A stretch of 61,806 nt of DNA, filler included, from Sphacelaria rigidula (taxonomy: Eukaryota), in assembly GCA_964200075.2 (NCBI GenBank). It is 5 parts of 5 records of this genome, joined end to end, with 100 filler letters (N's around TTAATTAATTAA, not from the genome) between each part and the next. Parts side by side here need not be neighbours in the genome. Positions count along the whole stretch, not along the records: positions 12,384 to 24,665 come from CAXNAA020003926.1; positions 24,766 to 37,046 come from CAXNAA020003927.1; 3 more parts are not named here. One strand, given 5' to 3'. This document shows, one piece after another, positions 12,672 to 26,261 of this stretch. The notes under the pieces are model-generated. The model had not been told where the DNA came from. It ran no database searches and worked only from the letters and a program-made list of their open reading frames with translations. Each line of letters opens with the position of its first letter. Position 1 is the first letter of the stretch. The position numbers and the translations under genes are program-made.

Positions 12672-12883
12672 TGATTCGAAAATTACTTGCTTTTAGTATG
12701 ATGAGTCGACTCGTGACGAATCAATCCCTAGGCTTTATTTCAGCGTTGCAACCCAGGTACACGCAGCCCAGACACGTGGCATGACGCAAAAGTTGTGTGG
12801 ATACCCCTTGGACCAGCGATCAACTTTTGTCTCCCTTTTGGGCAATCAGGCCGAGGTAATCGTGATGATTTGTCCTAACCGTG
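12672..12883 (+). repeat. ~230-bp dispersed repeat copy
   Basis: High similarity to 41277-41513 and to the reverse complement of 1-66. Confidence 0.9.
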
Positions 12884-15282
12884 CACACTTGGGAAAATGT
12901 CCCCACTGCGGGTCACCTGTTGTGTAGGACCAGCGCAGGGGATACCGAAATCCCTGTGGTCATGTAACCCGTAAAAAAGAGTTTCCTCACAGGATGCACC
13001 TGTGAAGTACCGGTGCACGGATGTCCTTGTGACAGGAATTGCAGAGATGTCCTTGTGACAGAGATGCATCCCTACGCAGGTACTTCACAGAGGGAACCTG
13101 AAGAAATGTACGTAAACTGTGGTTGGTACTATGGAGATACCGCCAACCTTAACCCTCAGCCCTAACCCTAACACCGACCAAGGCATACCGAGAACCCTCG
13201 GGCAAGGAGGGTGCAGGGTGTTCCTGAAGTAAAGCGTGCGTTGCGAGAGCTCAAATCGACGCGTTTGAGCCAATTTTGGACCAAAACACGTTGTGCACGA
13301 ATTGGGTCTACTGCTCACCACTGCTCACCAGCCCCAAATCATGAATTTTCTTGGAACTTTCTCCATTCTGAAATCAAGTAAACTCGAGTACCCATCACTG
13401 GTTACGGCCATCTCTTCAGCCAAGTATGATTTGAAACCCGTGCACGCGGGGTGAGGCCGGCATGTAGAGAACCCTGCACAAGTTCACCGTCTACTACCGG
13501 GACGCGACTTTTTTTCAGTAGCGATCACTTGCGATGTGTGCGGTGACGGTTCTCGTGCGTGGTGCTTTTTCCACCTCCGCACACCATCCGTGGAGCGAGC
13601 TTTTCATGATGGAAGTGCCCACCCCTCTTCCCGTAATGTATCTCCACTCTAGGTATGAGACAATTGAAACTGTGGAATATGACAGTATCTACTGGAAGGT
13701 ACATATTCTCCCACACAAATGCCTCCAAAGTATGGAAAAGGAATAACACTGATATATCTTCGACTTGCGTCACCCCTGGGAGGCCGGTACCAACCTCCCT
13801 AAGGGAAACCTTGCATATGTATATGGTTTCGCGGGACTGAATACATATTGCCCGCCCAATATATTCCGATAAAAATGGCACCATGGGATTGTGTACATTT
13901 GTCCCATCAATACATATTAGGGTCATGTGGCCGACGAAAAATTGCATGACTAAGATATGTTGTGGTCGCATAGGTGACAACATATCGGCCGGTTAATATA
14001 TATGGGGGCCTTATGGGTGACAGCATCTTGCCCGGTAAAAGCATATGTCGGCGTAGCGTGTGTGACACAGTATTACCCACCAAATATGCATTGGGCAGGC
14101 GCATCGATGCCGAGTGCATATTTCAACGACTACATAATTCAAGCACCGTACTCTGCCGCGCCCTGGAAGTTATCCCGTCCAACGAATATCTCAATGGGAA
14201 AAAAATATTTTGTTGGCGTGGGGGATGTTCCCCGTGCATCATTATTCCGAATCGTTCGGAGAAAAAAAAGTCAAGAGTTGTTGAGTCGTCCCTTCGAAAT
14301 ATCCCTGTTTCCTAGTTCGTTTTGCAATGATGTTATTGGCAGGAACATACTGTGACAACAAAGGCGACCTGGCATATATGCCTTTCGATACCTATATAGA
14401 CACCGCTGCGGTGACGCTCATCCTCTTCACACTATGCAAAAAGAAATATTTTTATTGATCGAACAGAACGCCGGCAGAAAAACGCGTGTCGATATGCGCC
14501 TCTTGGTACCCCTCTGGTCGCCGGTGCTGTCTCGCTTATACCCTGGACAATACAATATGTTCCAATACGATACCAATACTTGCCATTGAAAACAACGCGA
14601 GTATGGCCCTCGTGACACGTCACGTGTTGACATCTCCTCAGAGATGTTAAAGCGACGAAATGTGAGTACCAGGGTAGTCCACAAGCCTTGCACGTGTCTA
14701 CAACCGCGCCGAGTCCATATCTCCCTCGGCATAATTCCCGAAAATATCTTCTGGATCCCTCCGCTCCGTTTCATGAATGTCCATGTCTACGGCATAGTTC
14801 CGGGAACGTTCCCTCTGGAACACTAGTCTGTCCTCTCGGGTCATTGTCCACCCCGTCCCCGGAATAATAGTCATACTCCAACTGGAGTCGGTGTTTCTTC
14901 CCACACCCCCTGGAGTTTATTCCTCATCTCGACTCTGGAGTCTCCCTCCACACAAGCACGAACTGCCTAAGCACGTCCCACGGCCAAGCCCGTGGCTCCC
15001 GAGACCACACCTTCCACACCAAAGGATAGTAGCCTTATTGGCGTCGACTTGACAAAACAAACCTACTTCACAGGCAGTCCATCTTCTCTAGATTTTGAAC
15101 CCGTTGACACCTATGCCAGAATCCGTAACCGAAGAGTCGAAAGATCCCACCCCCGCTGAAGTACAAGCAGACCACATTCGCCAGCAGCAACACCGGCAGC
15201 GGCGAATCCAACACCGGCGATAGCAACAGCAGTGATAGCAGCAGCTTTCCCCTCAGCTCTTTCTACCGCCCCGTCACCGTCG

Positions 15283-16176
15283 TCACTCCCTTCCACACCA
15301 GGCTTTTGCTGCAGCGCAATCGCCGAGATGTGGCATCGTGTAGGCGTTGAACAGATACCAGGAGTTCCGCATTTTGTGAGGAATTGTGTCCTCGGAGTTG
15401 GCGATAATGTCACCTAGTGTACATGATGATTTGTGATACCGTAGATGCTTTGGCTGACGGGCTATTCTCAGTATGTCCGACACCACAAAACGAGTGTGTC
15501 ACATCACGCCGGCCGACCTCAAACATTATCCCAGCATCCCAAACACCACAAGTCACACAGATCTTCCTGAAGTGTGCAGTAACTACCGTATCAAGTTTGG
15601 CTCTAAGGCCAAATCTGTCAGGCTTGGCGATCCTTGAGTGCACAGCATGGACCTTTGCCACGTGCGTTATCCTCGAGACGCCTCCGCATCTCGGGATCCA
15701 TCGGTTAATCCCCGTCAAAGATATTGCTATAGATACCACAACCGATTCTTCTGTTTTCTCTACTACGTGGTTGAAGTTCCACGAGCGGTTTCCTTTTGTG
15801 CAGTGTATGGTTCGCCGATACATGTCTGTGCTGATTGTCCGAAGTCTAGCATGGGCGTGAAGAGAAAGAAATATCTCAACACGTCAGTAGTACACAATCC
15901 AGTGCCTCACGGCGTATCTCAATATACTCCGTCGTCTACCGTAGATGAAGCTAGTGATGTCCCCACTTGCTCATCAACGGATGTTACGTCCGATTGTGGA
16001 ATATTTTCAACTATTGAATCCCTGCCTGTTTCGAACAAGTCTTGTAGGAAGACTCTAGCCTCAACCATTTCCTCAGTACCCCAAAACCTTTCTAAACGTG
16101 CACGCTGTGAATCTGCAACGACTGTATCTAATACGTCTACTGCTCTTCCCAGTACGAGTGCTACACACGCGGCCAT
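15283..16176 (-). pseudogene. Possible decayed DDD transposase (Sola/DUF7869-like)
   Basis: Fragmented frames. MFEVGRRDVTHSFCGVGHTENS resembles the F..v...Fl.VGHTH..iD motif of these transposases. The catalytic acids are not intact. Confidence 0.3.
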
Positions 16177-18039
16177 TCGGCTACCCCCTTAAAATCCTCT
16201 ATCACGATTTCCATCCTCTCAAGAATAAAGTGACCCTCCGGAGGATGAAAATACCCTCTAGAGGGTATTTCATACTCGGTTCCGGTCATAAAACGAATCC
16301 TCTGAAGGGCATCTGATCCTCCAGCGACTTCTGAGGCCTGAATCCCTCGAGAGTACCAAAAATATGGTGCTCTGGAGCACGTGCGTTACGTGAAAGTTCC
16401 TTAGATGGAAATATGAAGAGCAGAGGGAAATATGAGCATCATTCCTCTAGAGGAGGGACCGCCTATGGCCTCTAAGGCATTTGTTGCGACTCCGGAGGAC
16501 ATAGCCGTGCAGTATCCTCCAGCGTGTACATTTACATTTGTGCACTTGTGTCCTAACTACTTCCACGGCACCTTTGGGACCATCACGCCAGATATACTGT
16601 ACATATCACCCGCCGTTCACAGATTGAATCGCAAACCCGACAACACTTCTTCCCAGCAATAATATCACCACAAAAACCCTGCAGCAAAGAGCACGAGTTG
16701 GGTGCAGAGATACAGATACACACTGCAGTAGTTGGGTATGATATATGTCTTACTGGTATAAGTTTAAACTTAAGCATCTTCTTTCATGGTCGCGGAGTCG
16801 CGCGGTGCCGGAACCATGCGCGGGGTAGGGTGCGGGCTATAACCGGCGGTTTGCTACATACATACCCATGACCAGTGCAGGCAGACAAAGCTGCGCATAT
16901 TGCTCAAGTTCTGTTCACGTCGCACTGAAAGCAGAAAACATACCTATAGTCTTGCGATGTCTGTGCTGTACTATACCCGCTTCCCCTTCACGTTCAACTA
17001 ACTGCAGCGGTGAGCATGTGAGCATGCTGCAAGAACGGGCGTCGTGATGTATACTCAGTAGCTGACGGTGTATAACACCCCCACCCAAAGTTACAGGCAT
17101 CCACTCTCTTTAGCCATACGTGGTGAATATGCCGCGCTAACTCTGCAGTATATTGCTCTGCACGTATATAAACACGATATGGTTCTGTCCTGCACGGTAT
17201 TGTACACTCCAGTATAGCACCAAACCATGATTGTTGTTGTGATTGTTATATCGCCATCAACCTACAGAATAATGCCCAACCACAATTTTTCGCGCGTTTA
17301 CTCAAAATCGCCCTTCACTTTGGTGTTGAAATGGTAGGCACGGGACGACGGGGTTTTCAAAATCTGTATCTATACATATGTGAGGTTCATACACCCTGTA
17401 CACCACAACCACCAGCCAAACCTGTACAGCGCGGCCATGTGGACATACACTCGCAATCAGTGTATGGGATTTGTAACCAGCTGAGACCGTTGAAGACTTT
17501 GATCCCCTTGCCCAATTGATATATGAACTGAGGGGCAAGAGGATGAGTTTTCGACAATTTCTGCTGTCTCTCGATTCTCATCCACTGATACGGTACAGTA
17601 TGTGGGACTTGAACAGCAGAAGCTGCTCGCAAATATGTTTTGCTTTGCCCAATTTCAGGTATTGGCGGGAAAAATGAGGATTTATTTCGAACAGCTTCTG
17701 GTGTACAAACCCCATCTGCGAGTGTATATGCGATTTGCACAGGCTCTGCTGTTCGAAATGAAGCATTTTTGCCCAATCCAATAATTTGGAATTAGACTTT
17801 ATTTCGAACAGCAGAGTCTTTAAAATTCCAGATTTTCATAGCACTTGTGCCTCCAAAAGCAACCCAGGGGATTTAATATCGACACAGACCTTCGAGGGCC
17901 CCAACATTGAAAATCCTCTAGAGGATTACGAATACCCGAAATCCTCTGGGGGGGAATTCAAAACGGACGGAACCCAAGATGACGTTTGGAAATTCCTTTA
18001 CGAGGTGGCCGAGTGGCCGCGCGTGTACCACACATGATG

Positions 18040-19780
18040 AATCCCATCGAGCATGGTATGTATGTTCTTCGCTGGGTCCCGTAGACACTTCATCCTCATT
18101 GTCGTTTTTCTCCCAGCGTGTACGCGTCACTGGCTCAATCAATGGTCAAGTTACACCTGATGTAACGTTAAACACTGCTACTGACGTCATAATGGAATCG
18201 ATTGCACTTCTCGAAAATAATACCGTGCTTCGATCAATTCCACTGCATTCTGATGTCTGTTTCTGCCGTGAATTAACGTGCAGCTAACGGTTCACCCCTA
18301 CAAATCCTGAGGTTCGCCCGTTTCAAACTCAGGCTGGGGATGACAACCTGCTCAATCGAAGCACTAGCCGTCTCTTCAGTCGGTCCTGGCTTGTTGCTAC
18401 TCGAAAATCACTGTATATTGAGTTTGATTCAACCCTTCATTGGGCAAATCAAACACAGTCTTTCCCTCATGATGGCTTTTCTATCCCAGCCATTCGTGTA
18501 AAAATGGTAGCAACCCCTCATCGCAGACTCCAACTGTTCAACAGTCAGAAGAACTCCGACTGTTCAACAGTCAGAAGAAAATTCGGTGGAAGCCATGCAT
18601 AGAGATGCTGACGAAATGCCGGTAATACTACCAGAGCGGGTCACGCTCACACCACAGCATGAGGCAATCGTGAAAGCTTTTAAAGAATATCCGACATCGA
18701 CTGACTGCATAGTGATTGTCGAACCTCGTCGTTGTCTCTCGCGATGAAATGTCACAGCCCGACAGCCCAAAAGTGTTCGAATCACTTGTTCTCACCCGCA
18801 CATTGGCAACTTGGTCCGCTATAGATGGGTCCGTGGCGGTACAAATCGCTAACCTGCCGTCTCAGGAAGTGCCATTGCCTACAAGATTAATTTGTTGTAC
18901 ACCCAGAACATTTACATGTCAACGCTGCAGCAAACGTCCCCCGAACAGTATCTGAAGTCAATAAAGCAATGGACGACCTTCGAAATCCACTGTCCAAATC
19001 TTTCGAAGGCTCCACGTTTGCGACGAGTCGACAAGACAGCCTTGTCAACTTATGCGCGAAATGTCGCCCTGTATTTTCTCTGTCAATAGAAAAGTTGGGT
19101 ACTTGCACTATCACAGAAGCAGATCTCCCACTCAAACCGAACACCCGCCCTGTTGATAGAACCCCTTATTGTCATTGATGTGGTAATTACCATGGAATGT
19201 TTGATTCCATCCCTCATCCGCAAAACATGGCCTCTTCCAAATATCGACATATGCCTCGATTCAGTCGGCGGTGCAAAATGTATCACGGTCATTGATGTCA
19301 TGAGTACGTATTGGCAAATATCAGTAGCTGAAAAAGACACGGCTAAAACTGCTTTCATTATGGGACGCGCGAAGTATGTCTTCCGTCTTCTCCCACTCGG
19401 CGTATTATGTGCTCCATGGATTTTTAGACACACCATGGCCATGGCTCTCAGTCACAAAGGGCCAGATAACATAACTTTATGCTACATTAATGATCTGAAA
19501 TCTCTCGAACGTACATTCGCAGCTTTACAAGCCGCGGGCTCGACTCTCGAGCCCTCGAAAATTCGCTTCGGCCCCAAACAGGTCTCATACCTCGGTCATA
19601 TCATTTCTGCTGATGGTATTTCAGTAGATCAAGAGCACATTCAAGCTATCAACGACTTACCTACTCCGACTTGTATCAAAGATCTCCACTCTGGCCCGGG
19701 CGTGATGAATTTTGTGCGCCAATTCATCAAAGATCACGCCGACATCACGGCACCTGTAGTTGATCTCATCCGGAAAGAAC
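18040..19780 (+). pseudogene. Degenerate Ty3/Gypsy pol (aspartic protease and reverse transcriptase)
   Basis: Protease-like VDTSSSLSF at ~18081. RT motifs WPLPNID, DVMSTYWQI, KTAF, LPLG, YIND (19483-19494, for YxDD), VSYLGHII and LPTP. Multiple stops, frameshifts and deletions. Confidence 0.9.
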
Positions 19781-19904
19781 TCCACACTCTAGACAAATGT
19801 TACAATAATAGTCCATTGCCTCAGCAACAGACATGGGGAGAGAACTATCATACATTTCATCGGACACGATAGATGGTGAATCACATCTATCAATATGTAT
19901 TTCC

Positions 19905-20050
19905 CAATATTGTTTTTTCCCCTAGAACCCCAACATTTTGGATATCGAGTCCAAATTTGTACGGCGTGTAGTAGTTGTCAAAAGCTATCCGTAGGTGAAA
20001 AAATGGAACCACGTTTCGGAGATTTGGTGTGGATACGAAAATTTGTATTT
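19905..20050. repeat. Fragment of the foldback family seen at 43261-43527
   Basis: GGCGTGTAGTAGTTG...AGGTGAAAAAATGGAACCA is similar to 43472-43520. Confidence 0.6.
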
Positions 20051-20844
20051 TCCGGTATTTTCATCCACAACTAAAGATCCACCCCCAATTTGTAAGATCC
20101 CGTGTTTGTTGCGGATTCCTGCAAAACACAAGCGTTCCAAAATTGTAGAAATGTTTGTCATATATTCACAAGTAGTATCATTATATACCCACCGCATGTC
20201 CACCTACGGCTTGTCTACCGTACCTTAACGGAGTATAGTATGCTCTACACGTAGTATGTTGCGATGTAGGTGTGGTGATAGACGACGGAGAATATTCATA
20301 GGTAGACACTGTTTACCACAGTAGGTACATATGTCTTGAGAAACCTGCGATAGCAAACTTCAGGGACGACCGCTAAGCGCAACGAAAGCCAACTCGGGGT
20401 GACGGGTGAGATCGGGCATCGACAGCGGCTCCACCAATCGCAGCCAATGTAGGTTTGCTAGACACCAGAGAAGGTGGTGTAACCATACATCGGTAAAGTT
20501 GTAGCGTGAGGTTAACAAGCTAGACGGCACTCTAAACCGTTGCGCGGCAGGCGTTTCTCCGCTACCATCCCTGCTCAGAGTAAGGTTCCCCCGATGCACA
20601 TAGTTGGATCCGTAATCGTACCGCTCCCTCTGACCCCCACGGGTCCGTAACATACTCGTGGGAGTAGCGGCAGGTCGCCCCAAACACTACAGAATCGATC
20701 TCCCCGAGCAGCACATCCCAACAGTGTCCCTCGACCCCCCCGCTCCGAGGTAAGCGTATCAGACAAATATGAAATAGGTGGGTAAATCAGAGAAACAGGA
20801 GATGGTGGACGTCCTGCTGGGCTCTCTCGGCACTGGATTGTTCT

Positions 20845-21880
20845 CCACGAATCGGGTAAGATGTGTTGACATGCAGTTGCAAGAGGCTCAAGAGATCAAG
20901 CAGTCATCAAACGGCCATGTGGTAGGGGCGTGCGGTAGACCCATGGGACGAGGTGGAGATCAACTTGCCCACGATTGAGGTAATGTTGCATTCACATACA
21001 TACATATGTCGAGCACTTGACCTCGCGTCCCGATTTCCATTTGGTTTTCCACAGCCATCGAAACTAGTCATGGGGTAGTCCGTGCCCCTGCGGAATGTGC
21101 CTAAATTCCTGTGTCCGTCAAAAGATTCGCTGGACAGGGGCGAAGAGTTTAGCGTGGAGGTAGTCACCCATTTCCGCAGGTGACTGAAAGAAGACATCAC
21201 TTTCCGAAGCGTCCGATCTCCCACGCGGTCAGTACGCAATCGTAAGACCAGGAGGATGGCTACTGGACATGTTGTCGGAGCTTTGCAAGTCGTGATGTCA
21301 GGTGGGGTGAGCACCGTTCAGTGACTCTTGAAATCAAGAGCACATTGCTTGACACGCTACTTACCTCTCCGAGTTGCCGTGTCGATGCAAAACCACGCAC
21401 ATCTCTCAGCTGACTTGCACCTATTTCACAAGAAGCAGAACCGAGTATAGTACTGGGCGCTTTCGTGTAACAGCGCAAACACCTATGCGAGGTAAGACTG
21501 TTGATGGATCCGGAGAGTGAGATATCAATGTCGGGACGGCAACGGCAGGGAACTGCAGCACTAGTGCACGATATCTTGAAATTTAAGAAAGATCGATCAC
21601 GGCATGCAGTCTGGAGGTGGTGATGCAAGGACACAAAATACGTACGCGTAAGATAGTTCGCCAGATGTTGCATCACATCTCAATTACCCGTCTCACGTGA
21701 GATATTCAATCGCTGATGGGTTCGCCTAGTTCACTTGAACACTAGACTTCGAGGCGACGCCAACCTTTACCTCGAAACCTCATTTCCTCACCTAGACTAC
21801 CGCGAGTTGATATCCAGGAAACCAATCTGGTGGAATGGCGAGGATTGGTCCAGGATAAAGCAATGTCGGAGCAGCTACCA
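20845..21880 (+). pseudogene. Degenerate Gypsy integrase with possible chromodomain remnant
   Basis: Manual translation gives VLTCSCKRLKRS...PWDEVEINL...ALDLASRFPFGFP...DRGEEFSVEVVTHF...GGWLLDMLSELCKS (zinc-binding and DDE core pattern) with stops, and LVEWRG at ~21827. Confidence 0.7.
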
Positions 21881-23699
21881 GGGAGCAAAGTCATGGAAAG
21901 CCTCACACTTCCACGAGTGGACGAGTTCCACGCCCTTTGGCATCTGCACCACTCAGCCGAGGTATCAAATATGCCATCCCGCCCAAGCATGCCATGTCCC
22001 TCAGTCGCGCAGTGATGCTCTCAACTTGTTCCCCATAGGTTTCGCATTCTGAGAGGCTTTCGACGAAGCTGAGCAAAAAGCACAAGTGTTCGACGGCGGC
22101 AGACACTTCTGGAGAGTGACAGCACGACCGAGACTACGCGGAATCTTCACGTAAAGAGCTCCAACAAGTGGCCCAGACGAGCGAGCCTGTCCATTGAGCG
22201 AACGAAGGCGACAAAAAAAATAATATTGTACGAAGGAGAGAGGATGAGACCGTTTTGTGCTGCACTACAGAAACGAGTAGCGTTTTGTATTTTCTTCCTT
22301 ACTTTTTTCAGGAATGAGCAGTTGTTCAGTACTGTTTGTTTCTTTTTGTTGGAACAGCTGTTCAGTATATCTTTCTTTCCTACTTTCTTCGGGTCTGTAT
22401 TCACTCGTGTTTCCCCGTTGATCATGAGCTCGGTTATATATCTTGTTCTCGTTTCCGTTTTTATTTCTTCATTTTTTAACGTTTTATTTTGACTTTATTG
22501 GGAAATGGGTTACTCGATGTTTTTGCCTCGTTTTTTTTTGGTCAGAATTTGCCCCTCAAGCCCCTATTTGTTCTCCTCTGTTCGGTTCTCTGGTCTAGAG
22601 TCCATGTTTTTCTTTTGCTTTCGTTGGACCTATTCCTCTTTCTCGTGCCAGTTCTTATTTACTTCGATGCCATTTCTCGTAATTTGTTTTCCCGTATCGT
22701 GGACCTGGGATGTTATTTATACTTTTGTTTCATGTTTTGTTTTCCTCTTTCCCTGCTCCGTCTCAAAAGGGATGCGTGGTCAATGGTCAAATGACTAAGG
22801 CAAGCAACAAATGAGTACGCCCCCCCCTTCCCCCCTTCTTCTTGCGGGCCTGGTTTGTCCCTCTAGCACTATTTTTCGGTTTCTCTTTTCCTTTTCACGT
22901 CTCCGCGGGGTTGATTTTGCTCCGCTCTTTGGTATTTCTCCGGTCTTGCATCCCATGGAGATTTATTGTATATTTTTCTCTTGATTGTGTCAGACCTGAT
23001 CCTACCCGTTGTTTCAGGTATCCGGTCCGTTCATCACGTTTCTTCGCCCTCGAGGAACGATTGATCTAACTTCAGGGCGCCCCACCCTTCCCATGTAGAA
23101 ATATTCATGCGTCAGCATTGCACAATAGGGGGGGCGCCGAGTACCTGCTGGGACACTGTATCGTGACTGAACTGTTGATCTACGATATAGTCCCCCAGTG
23201 TCCAGTAGGTTAGCGGGTACTGGTCGATAGGAGATAAAGCGTGCAGCGCTCCTATCAACCAGTTAACGCTTTCTTGAGGTATTTTTTAGTGGGTCAGCTC
23301 TTTGCAAGTCCTACACTATCTGGGATTGATGTAACCAGTCAGGAGTGTCGAAGCGCCGTTACTATCTGAGACGAGTCACATTCTATTTTCGATGATTCCT
23401 GTTCTCCAGTCTAACTGAGATCCCGGGAAAACATGGCACATGCGAAAGCAGTCGCCGTGATCCGAAAGGGCGTGAGAGATTTTTTCCCCAAGTAATGAGG
23501 TTTTTTCCTGAATACCAGGTTTTGCCCATCTTCTGATTTCATGGTGAGTTTTTCCCGCGGTTAACCCTAGCCCCGAAATCTTGCGGTTTTCTCGTCATTG
23601 GCGTGATATCAGGCTGATGGCATAGAGACTTGAGCAAATCACCCCCGCCTTCAATTTAGCTGCGACTTTCCTCATCTTGCATGAGCAGCGTACACAAAG

Positions 23700-24660
23700 C
23701 AAGGGAGGGGGATGTTACGGCGGATATCAGTCGCATATGTAGAAGGCGTTCTCGATGTGCGTGGTATGTGCGATAGGTCGTACTCCATCTGTACGTTATT
23801 CGTGTTATATTCCAGTTGGGGTTTGCAGTACAGCTGTACCACCCTGCCACAGCCGTTTGGCTACCTAGCAGCGCCTGATAACAAACGTCACCAGCCACCA
23901 CTTGGAAACATCTCGCTTGCAAGCAAGTCAGGAGCCTTTCTCTGCACGTGAAATTGGGTCTATGTTTTGTCTTACGATACAGTGCTGGTTCGGACTCAAT
24001 GGTCTACAAGCCACGAGTTTGAGTGTTTCTCTATTCGACTGTAACCGTCCTCTCAGTCGGCTGATTGCACATTGCAACCCCCGACTATACTTGTTCCTCG
24101 AGAGTAATGCCCGTATCACCTCGTGGCCAGACCACAACATATCTTAATATAAATTGCGCACGCTCACCCCGTAGGTATTATGCAAACAATATATTTTGGG
24201 GACACCCGCGAAGGAATGTATCGAGCGTTTTCCGCATTTCGTGACAAATCTTTCAATGGCGTCCGCCGCTAACAAGAAAGTGTCACCATGTTTATTCCTT
24301 CTCACTCTAACATACAGATTTGAACCAGTAGTGCATATATATTGCCCTATCACATGTATTGTGACGGTCAATTCCCTCGTGTGTTGTTCGCCCAATATAT
24401 ACTCGAGGTATGGGCGCACTAAATTAACTATTGAGGCAGCAATATATGATGCCGCTTCGGATGTCGACAATACTGAATCGTCAATATATATTGACCTCGA
24501 GTGGTAGGCAATGTATCACTCGACACATACATATTGACGCCTTACCCCACCAACATATAGTTCGTCCAGTACCTTAGGAGGTGGCGCGTGTCGTGATATA
24601 TCATTAAACAACAAATTGTGAGAATTGAGGTTTAACTTCGAGATGAGGCTCAAGCCTAAA
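23700..24660 (-). pseudogene. Very old LTR-retrotransposon RT relic
   Basis: PPPKVLDELYVGG...AYH...I..D and VRPYLEYIL occur in the order expected for Gypsy RT motifs but are heavily decayed. Confidence 0.35.
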
Positions 24661-24665
24661 ACAGT

Positions 24666-24765
24666 NNNNNNNNNNNNNNNNNNNNNNNNNNNNNNNNNNN
24701 NNNNNNNNNTTAATTAATTAANNNNNNNNNNNNNNNNNNNNNNNNNNNNNNNNNNNNNNNNNNNN
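24666..24765. other. Artificial contig linker
   Basis: N44-TTAATTAATTAA-N44. Confidence 0.98.
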
Positions 24766-24900
24766 AAGCCTACTGATTATCTTGCATTTGGATGACAGCC
24801 TCCGATGAGTTGCTTTATTTTCTGGAATCGCCACTTCCAGAGACAGCCACAGCTCATACACTGCCTCATGGGTGCGTCACCAAGACAGAGGGGAGGGGGG
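24766..24900 (-). repeat. Repeat family copy at contig end, inverted relative to 36861-37000
   Basis: Its reverse complement matches 36885-37000 (GGCTGTCTCTGGAAG...GGCTGTCATCCAAATGCAAG). Confidence 0.85.
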
Positions 24901-25366
24901 AGCGGTAACGCGGCACCACTCATGGTTGATGGATGGATTGATCGATACAGATTGCCACACATTAGGTTGTTCGCTATGAATCCAGTCGTGGTCATTCCTT
25001 TGATCGTACCAATCCGTGACGACATGATGTGCTCACCCTAAGATCTACTTGGTGTGGTCACAGTACTGCAGGTGAGATGCACACCGCTGCCGTTAAATGT
25101 TTTGGTACTCTGATTTGGAAAATCGGCCAGACGACCCTTTGGAGGCGTCTCATTTTGCTTCCGCAGATAGGGTAAGTGAGTATAACCTCCGTGGTCGCTC
25201 GGACCTGCGCTGCCATCGTTATTGGTGTTCATGTGGAGAATGACTGATCTCTGAGGTTTTTGTTATCAAGGGTAACTGCTACCCCACGCTGGTGTTGTGA
25301 ACGATTGACGCTTCAGCTATATACATATGCGCGACTTGCAGTTTCGATATCCGCGACGCACAGCCA

Positions 25367-25580
25367 GTCACCCCGGTGGCGTACTTAGTATCTTCGAAAC
25401 CTTTTGACGGTTGGGGCGTGGGTTCGAATCTCGGTGAGGTCACACAGACTGGGAGTTTTTTGTGTCACATCACGCCCAACGGTGGAGAGCGACTATGTCG
25501 TGCGTACACAATGTTCAACTTCACGGTCGAGTTAGGAAAGGGATCGCTGAACTCTTCTCGCGAAAAAATAAATAAATAAG
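25367..25580 (+). mobile_element. tRNA-derived SINE-like element
   Basis: A-box-like TGGCGTACTTAG (25377-25388), B-box GGTTCGAATC (25421-25430) and a downstream A-rich AAAT stretch. No complete cloverleaf. Confidence 0.55.
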
Positions 25581-26261
25581 GCAAGCATCGCAGAAGGAAG
25601 GTGGAGTGAGCTATTATAAAAAGAACTTCTGTGTTGACCTTTCTTCTGTGTGGCCTCGGCTGATGCGTCCACATGTACCGGAAGGCGTACGCGAGTGACA
25701 AAAATGGATGGGGTGACACCAAACACACATACACACACACACAACACGTGACCGAAAGTCGGGACGCTAGAGGGAGAGCACCCATCTCATCGTCATCGCA
25801 CCGTTCAAATACTGATGTGTACGCCGACAGACTTTGTTCACACCGTTTCAGCACAACTATTGAACTATTTTACAAGCCGCAAACTTCCTACAAATGTTTC
25901 TATCTATGTTTGCCTTGCGATTGAGCTACGACGTTTCCGGTCCGTGGTAAGAAATGGAAATACTTTCGAAACGCAAAAGTCAAACAGCATGCGCGAAAAT
26001 CATTGCCGTTATACTGCAGAGGTAAGGGTTGTGCATTGGTCTTATTTTTCGACGTTTATCGCGGATCGACGAGGCCCACACATTACGCGCTACTGCTACT
26101 GCATTTGAATAATTACCGTTCAGTGGAGGATGACTCAAGAAGTATGTAATTTTGGTAGCGTATTGAGTGCGGGATTTGCATGGACATATTTGACGATTGT
26201 CTTTGAGACGAACACATCGAAACTCATGTATTAGTCCCGACGCACAACGCTACCGTGCCAG

